Below, in pieces: positions 48,993 to 59,268 of a stretch of DNA of 64,000 nucleotides (position 1 is its first letter; each line of letters begins with the position of its first letter). Below the pieces are notes generated by a model. That model was given only the letters and a program-made list of their open reading frames with translations, was not told where the DNA came from and ran no database searches. The position numbers were made by a program, and so were the translations under genes. The stretch is taken from contig OZ244042.1 in assembly GCA_965215015.1 (NCBI GenBank), forward strand, positions 5,856,001 through 5,920,000, read 5' to 3'. This DNA is from Candidatus Poribacteria bacterium (lineage in GTDB: Bacteria; Poribacteria; WGA-4E; PCPOR2b).

Positions 48993-51650
48993 TTATTTGA
49001 AGCTGATATTAAGGGGGATTTCCCGAGCTGTCACCAAAAGTTCCATAATACGGTAGTCTTTCAGCCTCGGTTTATACTTATTGATGGACCGTTCTGATTT
49101 CCGATCGTCGGCTGGATAAGTCGTGTACACCGTCGCTACCCAGCGTTCCGAATCGAGTTCCCATACTATCTGCGCCTTTTGGACGATGAGGAAGTACTTG
49201 CTTGTATCAATGATTTTCTCGTTGATAACATGGCAAGATGTTGAGCTTAATGCTTGAGGAATCGCACTGACCAAGGCAGGGTACTCGACTGGACTGCCTG
49301 CAACCGCATTGATGTCTCCAGAGTAGACTTTGCGAAATCCCAGCACTCCCTCCGCGCCAAGAATAAACTCTGAACCTTCGCTGGTAGCAATATGTGTTGC
49401 ATCGTCTAAAGGGTCGCCATAGGCTAACCGCTTTGTGGAACTGGGGATACTGGTTACAGCAGGCAGAATTTGGACAGGTTGTCCGTGCGTGTCGGTTACT
49501 TGGGCTTCGCTCAATCCGATGAAAAACGCGGACGGTAATTGAGACCTCGGGATGCGGTGCTTTGGATAGATTGTCCGTCGTTTGACGGGGAGTCCCCTAC
49601 CCTTCGATCCGCCAAACGCTTTGGAGCTACCGGGTTGAGAGGAGGTTGTTGGTTCAACCCTGCTCCGCAGGGTTGCACTCGGTTTTGCCGAATCTTCAGA
49701 TCGGAAGCCAACTCGTTCTGTCAGCTCGTGGAGACGATGGCGCACCACACGATTCAGTGAATTGGCTCTGAGCGATTTTTTCCATAATGCGATTGCTTCA
49801 TCGGTATATCCCTTTGAGAGGTAATATTCACCCAGTGCGATAGGTGCTGCATGAAAACTCGGATCTTGTTCTATTGATGCTTTGAAGGCGACAACTGCAG
49901 TATCCATGTCGCCTTCGAGGGCGGCGAGTTGTCCGCGTCCATAAAGTATCAACGGATGATCGGGATATTCGGCGACGAGCATATTGATAATCTCCTGTGC
50001 ATGCTCCGCCATTCCGCCCTTATAGGCTGCCATCGCTGCATGTACCCTTGTGTAGACAATCCGGTTATCTATCCCCCGCCTCTGAAATGGGGTTGTATCG
50101 TCTGTTTTTTCTTTTGCAGCAAGCCGTGCTGCAAGTTCGTATTTCGATTTTGCCCAACCGTAGTTACCATATTTGTAGCAGAGATTTGCCAATTCTTTTT
50201 CACCGGCGTAGGTTTCGCCTTTCTGATCGACGAGGTCTTGGAAAGTCGCAGCTCTCTCGGTATATTTCAGTTGGTAATGGAGCACTTCGGCAAGGCTTTG
50301 GAGTGCATCGGTGTACTCGGTTTTCGCAGCAATTGCGCGTTCAAAGGATTCAACAGCTTTGTGCGAATCACCCATCTTTTTGTATGCTAACCCCATTTTC
50401 CAGTAGATTTCCGGATCCCTGGCTCGATTCAACCCCAAGATATAGTTGTAAGTCTCAATGGCTTTTTCATAATTTTCGTCAACGTATTGATTGGCAGCAC
50501 TCCTGATGATAGCTTCAAGAACCTGTCCATCTTTTTTGACCGACTTCCTTACCATTTCACTGGCGTGCTGATGCATGCCTAACTTTCGATAACAGAGGGA
50601 GAGACGGAGATAGCTATACGGATCAATCTGTGCGCCTTGGCGTTCGGCGAGTCCAATTGCATGAAAATACAACGCCCCGGCATCACGATAGTTTTCGGTA
50701 TCCCAATTCAGATGAGCGATTTTAAGCACCGTGTCGTGGTAAGCCGCACCTTCAACACCTTCCCCACCCATTTCATGAATAATCGTCTTAAAAGGTCTCA
50801 TAATCTCTTCGGGATTAACATCGAAACCTGATTCTGAGTAGTCGGGTACCTCTCCCATTGCGGGACTACGCTCAACCCCGCCCCGTGGACGATCTCTTTC
50901 ACGGCGCTGCCTCTGGCGCTCCAATGCACGCTCCACTTGTGTCAGTGATTGATCATCCGGGGTGGGGATAGCGGCTCCCATCATGCGGAGTTGTTGTTTT
51001 GCGGTATTAACTGATTCTTCTGTACCTTCGATGTTACCATACCGCTCGACGAGATCTTGGTAGGTTCGCTTGGCGGCGTTTTGATCGCGAAGCAGTCCAG
51101 CCTGAATTCTGGCTTTATTGACCAACGCCTGCGTCGCTCGTTTACCCCCCGGGTGGCGGTTTGCCACATTGCCGTAGATTTCTACGGCTTTCCGATAATC
51201 ACCAGTCGCCTCATAGCTTTTTGCCAACATCAGTTGAGCATTATGACTACGTTCCGACATCGGAAATTGGTTGACGATGGTATCAAAGGACTGTTGCGCC
51301 AATTGATAGTCTTTTGCTTTGAAGGCATAAAGCCCCAAACCCCAATGTGCTTCGGCAGCTTCTTCGCTGTCCGGAGCGACCTCGATGAGGCCTTGATAAA
51401 TCCTGATTCCTTCTTGGGGTTGATCCATCTTTTCGATGTATAATTTGGCGATGCTCAGTTGCGCTTGGCGTGCCTCTGGCGTTTCGGGGTTGGAATCAAC
51501 TATAGTCTGATATACTTCGATCGCCCCGTGATAGTCCTTTTCTTCTAGGTGCTTTCCGGCAAGTTTCTGTGGACTTGACGCAACACAAGCGTATTGCGTC
51601 ATTACAATCGCCGCAACAAGGATGAAGAGGTCGTACCTAACGGCTTTCAT
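48993..51650 (-). CDS. TPR lipoprotein, paralog 2
   Basis: TQYAC, two TPR blocks, C-terminal domain RRTIYPK...LKDYRIMELLVT. Confidence 0.87.
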   Translation of the reverse strand: MKAVRYDLFILVAAIVMTQYACVASSPQKLAGKHLEEKDYHGAIEVYQTIVDSNPETPEARQAQLSIAKLYIEKMDQPQEGIRIYQGLIEVAPDSEEAAEAHWGLGLYAFKAKDYQLAQQSFDTIVNQFPMSERSHNAQLMLAKSYEATGDYRKAVEIYGNVANRHPGGKRATQALVNKARIQAGLLRDQNAAKRTYQDLVERYGNIEGTEESVNTAKQQLRMMGAAIPTPDDQSLTQVERALERQRQRRERDRPRGGVERSPAMGEVPDYSESGFDVNPEEIMRPFKTIIHEMGGEGVEGAAYHDTVLKIAHLNWDTENYRDAGALYFHAIGLAERQGAQIDPYSYLRLSLCYRKLGMHQHASEMVRKSVKKDGQVLEAIIRSAANQYVDENYEKAIETYNYILGLNRARDPEIYWKMGLAYKKMGDSHKAVESFERAIAAKTEYTDALQSLAEVLHYQLKYTERAATFQDLVDQKGETYAGEKELANLCYKYGNYGWAKSKYELAARLAAKEKTDDTTPFQRRGIDNRIVYTRVHAAMAAYKGGMAEHAQEIINMLVAEYPDHPLILYGRGQLAALEGDMDTAVVAFKASIEQDPSFHAAPIALGEYYLSKGYTDEAIALWKKSLRANSLNRVVRHRLHELTERVGFRSEDSAKPSATLRSRVEPTTSSQPGSSKAFGGSKGRGLPVKRRTIYPKHRIPRSQLPSAFFIGLSEAQVTDTHGQPVQILPAVTSIPSSTKRLAYGDPLDDATHIATSEGSEFILGAEGVLGFRKVYSGDINAVAGSPVEYPALVSAIPQALSSTSCHVINEKIIDTSKYFLIVQKAQIVWELDSERWVATVYTTYPADDRKSERSINKYKPRLKDYRIMELLVTAREIPLNISFK

Positions 51651-54366
51651 AGGCTATCCCTTTGGGCTTTGTCAGGAATAAGTCCGGGGAAAGACTTCGA
51701 TCCGTCACTAACAGTTCCATGATACGATAGTCTTTGAGTTTTGCTTTGTAGTTTTTTATTGACTTATCAGAAGTAAAATCTCTAGCTGGAAAAGTCGCGT
51801 GCACTGTCGCCCACCAGCGTTCATCATTAAGTTCCCAAACAACCTGTGCCTTTTGGACGATGAGATTATACTTTTTTGCTTCAAAAACTTGCTCGTTGAT
51901 GACATCGCAAAGTGTTGATTTCAACTCGTCAGGGATTTCATCGAGCAGCGCGGGGTACTCGCTGCCGCCCCCCACCAATGCGTTGACATCCCCAAAATAG
52001 ACCTTGTAGTATCCGAGAACACCGTTTTTATCGAAAATAAACTCCAATCCCTCCATGCTAAAGGTACTAGAAATACCTGGGACAAGGGCACCATAGGCAA
52101 ATCGCTTAGTACCGTTGGGGAGGGTCGGTGGGGGGTCAAGGATTTCGACGGGTTCTCCGTACTTTTCGATGACTTGGTCCTCGCTCAATCCGACGAAGAG
52201 CGCGGAAGGTAGTTGCGATTTTGGGATACGGTTTTTCGGATAGATTGTCCGTCGTTTTCTGGGTAAGAAACTTTGTCGCTTTTTCGCCCGTTTCTGAGCA
52301 GTGGTTTGGCCCGATTGATCGGGATTTACCGCCGCTCCAGCCTGTTGCGTCTGCTCTAATCTCTTTTGCGTTTCACGCTGCTGTTGGAGCACATTAAGCC
52401 GACGACGTACTCTACTGTTTTGTGGGTAGGTCTTGAGTACCCCTTCCCATAACGCGATTGCTGCATCGGGATTCTCCTCTGAGAGGTAATATTCGCCGAG
52501 CGCGATGGGCGCGGCATCAGAAACCGGATCTTTTTCTATCGCTGTCTCAAAAGCGGCAATTGCTGTCTCTACATCTCCCTCAAGCAACGCCATCTGCCCA
52601 CGTCCATAGGCTATCAGCGGATGGTTGGGATATTCAGCAGCAAGGGTATCTAGCGTCCCTTGCAATGGGGCAGCCCCTATCGCCCGGTCATTTTGATATT
52701 CTGCCAGCACCGCCTGTACCTTTGCATATAAGATATGGTCATCGAGATTTCGTTTTTCAGATGGAGTGATGTCATCGTGCTCTTTCTCCAATTGGGCAAT
52801 GCGTACCGCCGTTTCGTATTTTGATTTCGCCCGGAAGTAGTTACCGTATTTATAGCATATATCTCCCAATTCTTTTGCGCCGATGTAGGTATGACCTTTG
52901 GTATCGATTATGTCCTGAAAGATGATAGCCCTTTTTCTCTCTTTAAGCTGATAGTTAAGCACCTCAGCGAGACTTTGGATCGAATTGGTGTAATCCGTGT
53001 CCCTAGCAATGCTCCGCTCAAAAGACTCAACAGCTTTGTGCAGATTCCCTATCTCTTTATAGGTTAATCCTAGCCGCCAGTAGATTTCCGGGTCTCTCGC
53101 CCGATTCAATCCTACAATAGGTTGAAGTGTCTCAAACACTCTTTCGTATTCTCCATCGTTGTACTGACTCGCAGATGAAGTGATAACAGCCTCAAGCACT
53201 TCTACATTTTTTCCCGCGCCTTCTTTCAAAACCTCAGCCGCTCGCTGATACATGCCTACCTTGCGGTAGCAAACCGATAAACGGATATAGTCATAGGGGT
53301 CAATCTTTTTACGGTTTTCTTTCGCGACTTCTATCGCACGGAAGTACAGTGCCCCGGCATTCCGATAGTTCTGAATAAGAAAATTGAGGTCTGCAATCAC
53401 TTTAACCATCGTTTGTGTTTCATCGTCGTTTTGGCCTGAACGTCCGTGCCCCCCGCCCTCCCAAGGGTTCCCGAACTCCCTTATGACTTCTTCGGGGGTT
53501 ATACCGAAACCGGCGTTCCCGTATGCTGCATAACCCATCGCAGGACTGAACTCAGCACCACCGCGCGGCCGATCGCGCTCGCGACGCTTCAGCCGCCGCT
53601 CCTGTGCACGGTCATACGGTGTACCCGAGTCGTTCTCCGGCTGCGGGATACGCGCACCCATTGATTGGAGTTCTCGTCTGGCATCGTCAATTGCCTCTGC
53701 CGCCCCTTCGACGCTGTTATACTGTTTGATGAGAGATTGGTAGGTCTGTTCCGCTGCGCTTCTGTCTTTCAAATATTCCTTTTGGATTCGTGCTTTATTG
53801 GTTAAGGCTTGAGCGGCGCGATCACTCGCTGGATAGCGGTTTACAACATTGTCGTAGGTTGCGACCGCTTTCTTATAGGCCCCGGCTCCCTCATAACTTT
53901 TTGCCAGCATCAGTTGAGCATTATGGCTCAGATTTCCAAGGTTAGGAAATTTGTTGACAATAGCGTCAAAAGATTGTTGGGCCGATTCATAATCCTTCAC
54001 TTTGAAGTAATAGATTCCTAGGCGATAGTGTGCTTCAGCGGCTTCGCCACTATCAGGTACAGCGGCGATAAGGTCCCGATAAGTTTTAACACCCAGTTGG
54101 GGTTGGCTCATCTTGTCGATGTATAGTCTAGCAATGCCTAATTGCGCGCGGTAAGCCTCTGGCGTTCCGGCTTTGGAGCGGATCACCGCCTGATAGGTAT
54201 CAATTGCGCCTTGATAATCTTTTTCATGGGTAAATTTTTCTGCTTGTTTTTGCGTACTCGTTGAAAGACACGCATATTGGGTCAACATTGTGATAACGGC
54301 CATCACCACAAAAACGGTCATCCGAATAATGGACGAAGGGGAAATATAAGGTTTAATAGTTTTCAT
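51637..54366 (-). CDS. TPR lipoprotein, paralog 3
   Basis: TQYAC, two TPR blocks, same C-terminal domain; 14-bp overlap with paralog 2. Confidence 0.87.
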   Translation of the reverse strand: MKTIKPYISPSSIIRMTVFVVMAVITMLTQYACLSTSTQKQAEKFTHEKDYQGAIDTYQAVIRSKAGTPEAYRAQLGIARLYIDKMSQPQLGVKTYRDLIAAVPDSGEAAEAHYRLGIYYFKVKDYESAQQSFDAIVNKFPNLGNLSHNAQLMLAKSYEGAGAYKKAVATYDNVVNRYPASDRAAQALTNKARIQKEYLKDRSAAEQTYQSLIKQYNSVEGAAEAIDDARRELQSMGARIPQPENDSGTPYDRAQERRLKRRERDRPRGGAEFSPAMGYAAYGNAGFGITPEEVIREFGNPWEGGGHGRSGQNDDETQTMVKVIADLNFLIQNYRNAGALYFRAIEVAKENRKKIDPYDYIRLSVCYRKVGMYQRAAEVLKEGAGKNVEVLEAVITSSASQYNDGEYERVFETLQPIVGLNRARDPEIYWRLGLTYKEIGNLHKAVESFERSIARDTDYTNSIQSLAEVLNYQLKERKRAIIFQDIIDTKGHTYIGAKELGDICYKYGNYFRAKSKYETAVRIAQLEKEHDDITPSEKRNLDDHILYAKVQAVLAEYQNDRAIGAAPLQGTLDTLAAEYPNHPLIAYGRGQMALLEGDVETAIAAFETAIEKDPVSDAAPIALGEYYLSEENPDAAIALWEGVLKTYPQNSRVRRRLNVLQQQRETQKRLEQTQQAGAAVNPDQSGQTTAQKRAKKRQSFLPRKRRTIYPKNRIPKSQLPSALFVGLSEDQVIEKYGEPVEILDPPPTLPNGTKRFAYGALVPGISSTFSMEGLEFIFDKNGVLGYYKVYFGDVNALVGGGSEYPALLDEIPDELKSTLCDVINEQVFEAKKYNLIVQKAQVVWELNDERWWATVHATFPARDFTSDKSIKNYKAKLKDYRIMELLVTDRSLSPDLFLTKPKGIAYESR

Positions 54367-54485
54367 GATTTATTCTCCTCATCATTATAACGTGAAACTG
54401 AAACTTTTGCTGACATTGAGCATCCGTCATGGGGTTGTCCATTGGCTTTGGTGTAAATTTCCCCTTTTTCCCTTCAAATAAGCGG

Positions 54486-55619
54486 CTAGTACAGCCGCCT
54501 CGAGGCACATTCGTCAATGAGGTTTAACACAGACTGGCGATCATATCCTTCTTTTTCGAGAATCGTGTCGCAGTTAAGCAAGTTTTGTCCTTCTGGCTGT
54601 TTTCCTGCCTCAAGAATTGAATTGGTCAGCCAGCTGGTACGGATGCCATTGATTCCAGAGGTATAGTTTGTGTCATATTCTCCCTTGACTAAACCAACGA
54701 GCTGATCGATTTTGCTTTGCGGATACCCCTCAGGACGCTGGAATTTTAATGGTTGAGGTTCACCACCTTTGGGGATAAATCGGATACCGCCTTTAATTTC
54801 CAACGTTCCCTGATCACCTTCCAAAATAACCCATTCTTCAAAACCGGTGCGCGTATTGCCGAGTATGGCAATCGTGCCACTCGCGCCGTTATCCATTGTC
54901 ACATTCGTGTTAGAATTAATTTCGACAGACTTCAGCACAAGTTGACCTGCGTCGTCCTCAAAGTTCATGTCGGTTGTGCCGTGTGCCGCCTTTGGCAATA
55001 GACCTGTCATCCAGAGGAAGATATCCTGTAAATGGCTTCCGGAATCGTTGGGTTGACCACCGCCGGAGAACTGCGGATTGCCGCGCCAGCCGGCACCACC
55101 CCAGCGTTGGGCGAGATAAACATCAAACTTCCGGATGGTGCCAATTAAGCCTTCGGAAATTGCTTGTTTTCCAGCGATGTAGGTGTTTTCATAGTGCCGT
55201 TGGTAACCCCCGACTAGATGCAAGTCGCTGCCCATTGCAATCTTGGTGATGGTAATTGCATCACCAACGACGTTTGCCATCGGTTTTTCTACCAGAACAT
55301 GGCGTCCCGACCGCAGCGCATACCTGACATGAATATCGTGCAGAGAATGCGGTGAGAACACCCCAACGATGTCGAGATCTTCCCGATTCAACATCTCGAT
55401 GAACTCATATTCGCCGATGTACCGTTTGAAACTGTTTTCCTGATAGCCTTCTACCCGTTCTCGTAATCCCTTTTCTAAAGCATCAAGACTTTGTTCACTG
55501 TTATCAGCTGCAGCAACAATCTGGACATCGTCTCGTGTGGCAAAGGCGAGCGTGTTTCCACGCCCTGCGCCGCCCGGACCGATAACGCCAACCCTGACAA
55601 CGCTGTTTTTGTGTACCAT
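54486..55619 (-). CDS. Gfo/Idh/MocA oxidoreductase
   Basis: VGVIGPGG, HVLVEKPM, WR.....GGG...DSGSH..D. Confidence 0.92.
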   Translation of the reverse strand: MVHKNSVVRVGVIGPGGAGRGNTLAFATRDDVQIVAAADNSEQSLDALEKGLRERVEGYQENSFKRYIGEYEFIEMLNREDLDIVGVFSPHSLHDIHVRYALRSGRHVLVEKPMANVVGDAITITKIAMGSDLHLVGGYQRHYENTYIAGKQAISEGLIGTIRKFDVYLAQRWGGAGWRGNPQFSGGGQPNDSGSHLQDIFLWMTGLLPKAAHGTTDMNFEDDAGQLVLKSVEINSNTNVTMDNGASGTIAILGNTRTGFEEWVILEGDQGTLEIKGGIRFIPKGGEPQPLKFQRPEGYPQSKIDQLVGLVKGEYDTNYTSGINGIRTSWLTNSILEAGKQPEGQNLLNCDTILEKEGYDRQSVLNLIDECASRRLY

Positions 55620-55649
55620 GAAGGTGTCTCCTTGATTCGACTATTTATC

Positions 55650-55897
55650 TGAAGGGTGCTCATAAAAAAGTAGTCGGCACGCCCCGCGTGCCGTAAATAC
55701 AACCGTTATGGTATATGGACTGGCTTAACACCCAACTGCCATTAAAATCCCAACCCGAATGGGGAAAAACAAAATATCCCCAACCCCATAGGTGGGGCAT
55801 CTTGCCTTATCTACCGCTTGAGCCCCCTATCTGTATCCGCGCAATCTGCCGCGTCTGCTGAGTCCGAGATTCAGACAATTATTATGAGCACTCCTCA
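55650..55897. mobile_element. MITE-like element, copy 2
   Basis: TIRs TGAAGGGTGCTCATAA and TTATGAGCACTCCTCA; interior aligns with 40862-41082. Confidence 0.65.
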
Positions 55898-55922
55898 ACT
55901 AGGTAAGTCCTATGTCCTATGT

Positions 55923-55984
55923 ACCAATGAACTCTTGAACGATGTGGAAACAACAGTCTCAGCAACTCGCACCAAAGGTTAATA
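55923..55984 (+). repeat. ~60-bp non-palindromic dispersed repeat, representative copy
   Basis: TGAACTCTTGAACGATGTGGAAAC.ACAGTCTC..CAACTCGCACCAAAGGTTAATA; copies at 8025(+), 12169(-), 25705(-). Confidence 0.8.
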
Positions 55985-56312
55985 ACCGTTAATAACCATT
56001 GTGTTCAACATCGCCACAACCTGTTAATAGTGGGAACAGCAAGAAAGATAAAATGCATAGGTTCCTTAACCCCAAAGTGTCGGGACTTTTGTATCTTTTC
56101 TCAATTTTATCAAGTTGGGCAAAAGTCTCCGTTGGAAAAATGCAGCCAGTCAGCAAAGCTGCAAGTATAAATGGAAACGCTTGCCTAAAGTTTATGGCGA
56201 ATATATGAACCTCTTTGTAATTGGCGGTGTGCTCGGATGATTGCCGTCCCTTTACCTACGCCTGCGTTGGAATGCCGAATGCGGAGACGACGTTTTCTGG
56301 TTAAACAAATTC

Positions 56313-56341
56313 ATTTTACCATAGTCAGTGGGACTTTGCAA
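56313..56341 (-). promoter_or_regulatory. sigma70 promoter with extended -10
   Basis: Minus strand TTGCAA-17 nt-TAAAAT with a TG motif. Confidence 0.6.
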
Positions 56342-56450
56342 CCGGGAAATCCTGACCTTTTCTAGGTTTTATCGTAAGGTGTTTTGAGGCAGGTGTGGGG
56401 CTATTGAAAGCTGCGCTGCCATAATTGCAAGGGGTAGGTCAATGGTTATA

Positions 56451-59183
56451 TCACTGAATCGGTGGGGGGATTACGTACGGCTCGTGTCCAAAAATGACCT
56501 GTCCGTTGAATACCACGGGCCGGTTTTCCGTTCTGTCTTTTGAAATCTGCCAAAGCTGACCGTTCGTTTCATAGAGGACTGCTGAACCATCAGGCACCCA
56601 AACCGGTTTTTCGCCGCCGTGGCGGGTCAATTGTTGTGTATTCGGTTTTCCGTCCGGGCTCAACTCAACCAGCCAAATCTGGCGATGCTGCCCTTCCGCG
56701 CGAGAGAAAGCGAGGAGATTCGGGGCTGACGGGGACCACGCAGGTTCTGCATCGTCTTCGGGCCCGATACTGATCGGATGAACACGCCCACTCACGGGAG
56801 CGTAGCTATAGATATTCCGATCTGTACCCGCTTCTGGATTTTCGATACTTCCCCTTGTGCTGTACGCCAACACTTCTCCGGTTAGATTCCAGGCGGGTGT
56901 AAACATTTCTTGCGCTGTCGAGGGTATAGGGATTTCTTCTTGACTTAAAATGTGTCGAATATAGATGTGTTGGTGTCCCATCTCCTGTCTTGCAAACGCA
57001 AGGTAGGCACCGTCCGGCGAGATGGTTACATCCGTTGCCAGTTCACGTCTCTCAAGCAATAATCTGTCCTGCGGTGCATCTGAACCGTGGAGGAGGACGT
57101 TTCCCTCAAGGTCTAGATAGATCAGCCTACCATCCAGCGAGACGGTTGGGCGGCTGCCGGCTGCCAACGGTCGTTGTATGCCAGCTGTCGGTATACATTC
57201 CCAGATGATATCGTCAAAATTATAGTAGAGCAGCGCGTTCAGCGGCGTTGTTTCAGGCGCATCGGTGCTCGGTCGTTGCAGATGCTGCTCAAGCTGTTTC
57301 AGTTGTTCAAGTCCTTCAACTGTCGGTTCAAAATCTTTCCGGGTCTGTAATTTCCAGCCGGCTCCAACGGCTTCAAAGCGGAAGCGAACGCCTTGGGTCC
57401 AGTAGCACCATTCCTCGATTTGCCGTCCGAAACGGGTAAATTGAAACACATCTTCAGGCACCCCGTATTGGAGTTTAATCTCGGAGCGACCGCCATCCTC
57501 AATTTCAGCGATGTTACCTTCTACATCAATGTACATAGCGAAGATTTCAATATCAATATGTGGCGTGATATAATCTGCAAACACGGAGACCCGTTGTAGC
57601 TTTTTGCTGCGAACAGGATGCCGTGTGCCGTAGATGCCGACGCCATCTCGTAAACCCGATTTTCGATCGCCATCGAGGTCAACAACTGCCATGACGTAGT
57701 AATCCCCCGGTGGTATCGACACTTCATAGTGCCCATTATTTTCCAGATTTAAGGAGATTGCGACAGGTGATCGGAAGTCAGGCGTTTCTGAAATTGAGAG
57801 AATCCCCTCCTTAAATTCTTTCCCATCCCACCGAATCTGACCAGAAATGCCGCCGCTGGTATCTTGGCTCAGATCAATGGCACCTTCAGCAACTGCTTCG
57901 AGTTGTCCCTCCGCGTTATACCGGGCACTCACGAAAATTGTGATTTCAGGGTTCGTTCCCGCCGCTAAGATTAATGCCAAAGGAGGGGTAGTTGTAATAT
58001 CCGCGGTCCCATAACCACCAAGCCCATCTCCTAAGCTATATCTGCCATTACCATCCGCATCAACGTTTGCTATGAGATAGTAAGCCCCCGGCGGAAGTTG
58101 AAGCCTGAATTTCCCATCCTTGCTTACGCTAACCTGATGCACCTCTTTAAGCAACGCCGCCTCCCGGAAAACTTGAATAATACCTCCTTCCAACAGATTC
58201 CCGGCCCATCTCACCTTGCCGGAGAGCTTCGCCGTTGCGGTGCCAGCAGGATTCACTTCTACCGCAGATTCAGCCATCGGAACGACTTGGTCTCTCTTTG
58301 CGTGTTTCCCGGTGATTGTAATATGGAGGTCCGAGACAAATCGGTTAGGGCTAACCAGTACAGGTTGAGGAAACGCTTGGACCTCGCGCAGGTCCGAAAT
58401 ACCGTAGATACCCAGAGCATCTCCCGAATCAAAAAGGTTGGTGTTATTTTTATCAATGATTGCCATCAAGTAATACTTACCCGGCAACAGATTGAGCTCG
58501 AAGCTGCCATCCGATGCAGCCTGTGTTTCCCCAGCGCGATATTTCCATGAGAGGTCTGTATAGGCAAAGACAAGTGCGTTTGTGAACGATTCCTGCCCCT
58601 CATAGGTCAACTGTCCCTTGATGCCAGACGAAATCATCTCCAGTTCCGATTTAAATTGTTCCAGTGGATCTTCCTGATAGTCAGATAAGGAGACAATTTG
58701 TCCCTGTCCGTCAACTGCCTGCATTCTTGCCGTGATGATTATATCAATCCCTCTAATCATCTGCCGATCTACAACCTCGACAATCTGTTTCTGTTGATTT
58801 GAATCATCCCAATTTGTGATGCCAAAAATCCCCATACCGTCGCCGGTATCAAATTTGCCAGAGCGATTCAGGTCCACAAAGGCAACGAGGTAATAACGCC
58901 CTGACTCAACACGTACTTCAAATTCACCACTGTTTAACTGTGTTACGCCGGTATAAAGATTCTGTAAGCTTCTATCCTTATAAACCTGTACGGTTGTCTG
59001 CGATAGGTCTTGTCCGTCCCAAATGACCCTTCCCTTCAGCCCACTCGTTGCGCGTTCTGCAAAGTCTTCTATCATTTCTTCATCGCTTTTGATTGAGGTG
59101 GATTGTTGGGACCAGGTTTGGTCAGTAAGCGCGATGAATATGACGATAATCGAAAAGGTGAACCAACTTCGACTCGGTTGCAT
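56451..59183 (-). CDS. exported protein: four beta-sandwich repeats plus TolB/PD40-like beta-propeller
   Basis: Signal peptide; 4x G.YY(L/V).A..D.(N/D)...D..G..G repeats; C-terminal SPDG, PAWN, PAWSP, PVWVPDG. Confidence 0.82.
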   Translation of the reverse strand: MQPSRSWFTFSIIVIFIALTDQTWSQQSTSIKSDEEMIEDFAERATSGLKGRVIWDGQDLSQTTVQVYKDRSLQNLYTGVTQLNSGEFEVRVESGRYYLVAFVDLNRSGKFDTGDGMGIFGITNWDDSNQQKQIVEVVDRQMIRGIDIIITARMQAVDGQGQIVSLSDYQEDPLEQFKSELEMISSGIKGQLTYEGQESFTNALVFAYTDLSWKYRAGETQAASDGSFELNLLPGKYYLMAIIDKNNTNLFDSGDALGIYGISDLREVQAFPQPVLVSPNRFVSDLHITITGKHAKRDQVVPMAESAVEVNPAGTATAKLSGKVRWAGNLLEGGIIQVFREAALLKEVHQVSVSKDGKFRLQLPPGAYYLIANVDADGNGRYSLGDGLGGYGTADITTTPPLALILAAGTNPEITIFVSARYNAEGQLEAVAEGAIDLSQDTSGGISGQIRWDGKEFKEGILSISETPDFRSPVAISLNLENNGHYEVSIPPGDYYVMAVVDLDGDRKSGLRDGVGIYGTRHPVRSKKLQRVSVFADYITPHIDIEIFAMYIDVEGNIAEIEDGGRSEIKLQYGVPEDVFQFTRFGRQIEEWCYWTQGVRFRFEAVGAGWKLQTRKDFEPTVEGLEQLKQLEQHLQRPSTDAPETTPLNALLYYNFDDIIWECIPTAGIQRPLAAGSRPTVSLDGRLIYLDLEGNVLLHGSDAPQDRLLLERRELATDVTISPDGAYLAFARQEMGHQHIYIRHILSQEEIPIPSTAQEMFTPAWNLTGEVLAYSTRGSIENPEAGTDRNIYSYAPVSGRVHPISIGPEDDAEPAWSPSAPNLLAFSRAEGQHRQIWLVELSPDGKPNTQQLTRHGGEKPVWVPDGSAVLYETNGQLWQISKDRTENRPVVFNGQVIFGHEPYVIPPPIQ

Positions 59184-59268
59184 TTTTTTCTCCTGCTAAT
59201 GCAATTGCAGATTGAGTGAGGGAACGAGCGTACAACGCATGTTCATAAAAGATGCGACTCATTGAGTT

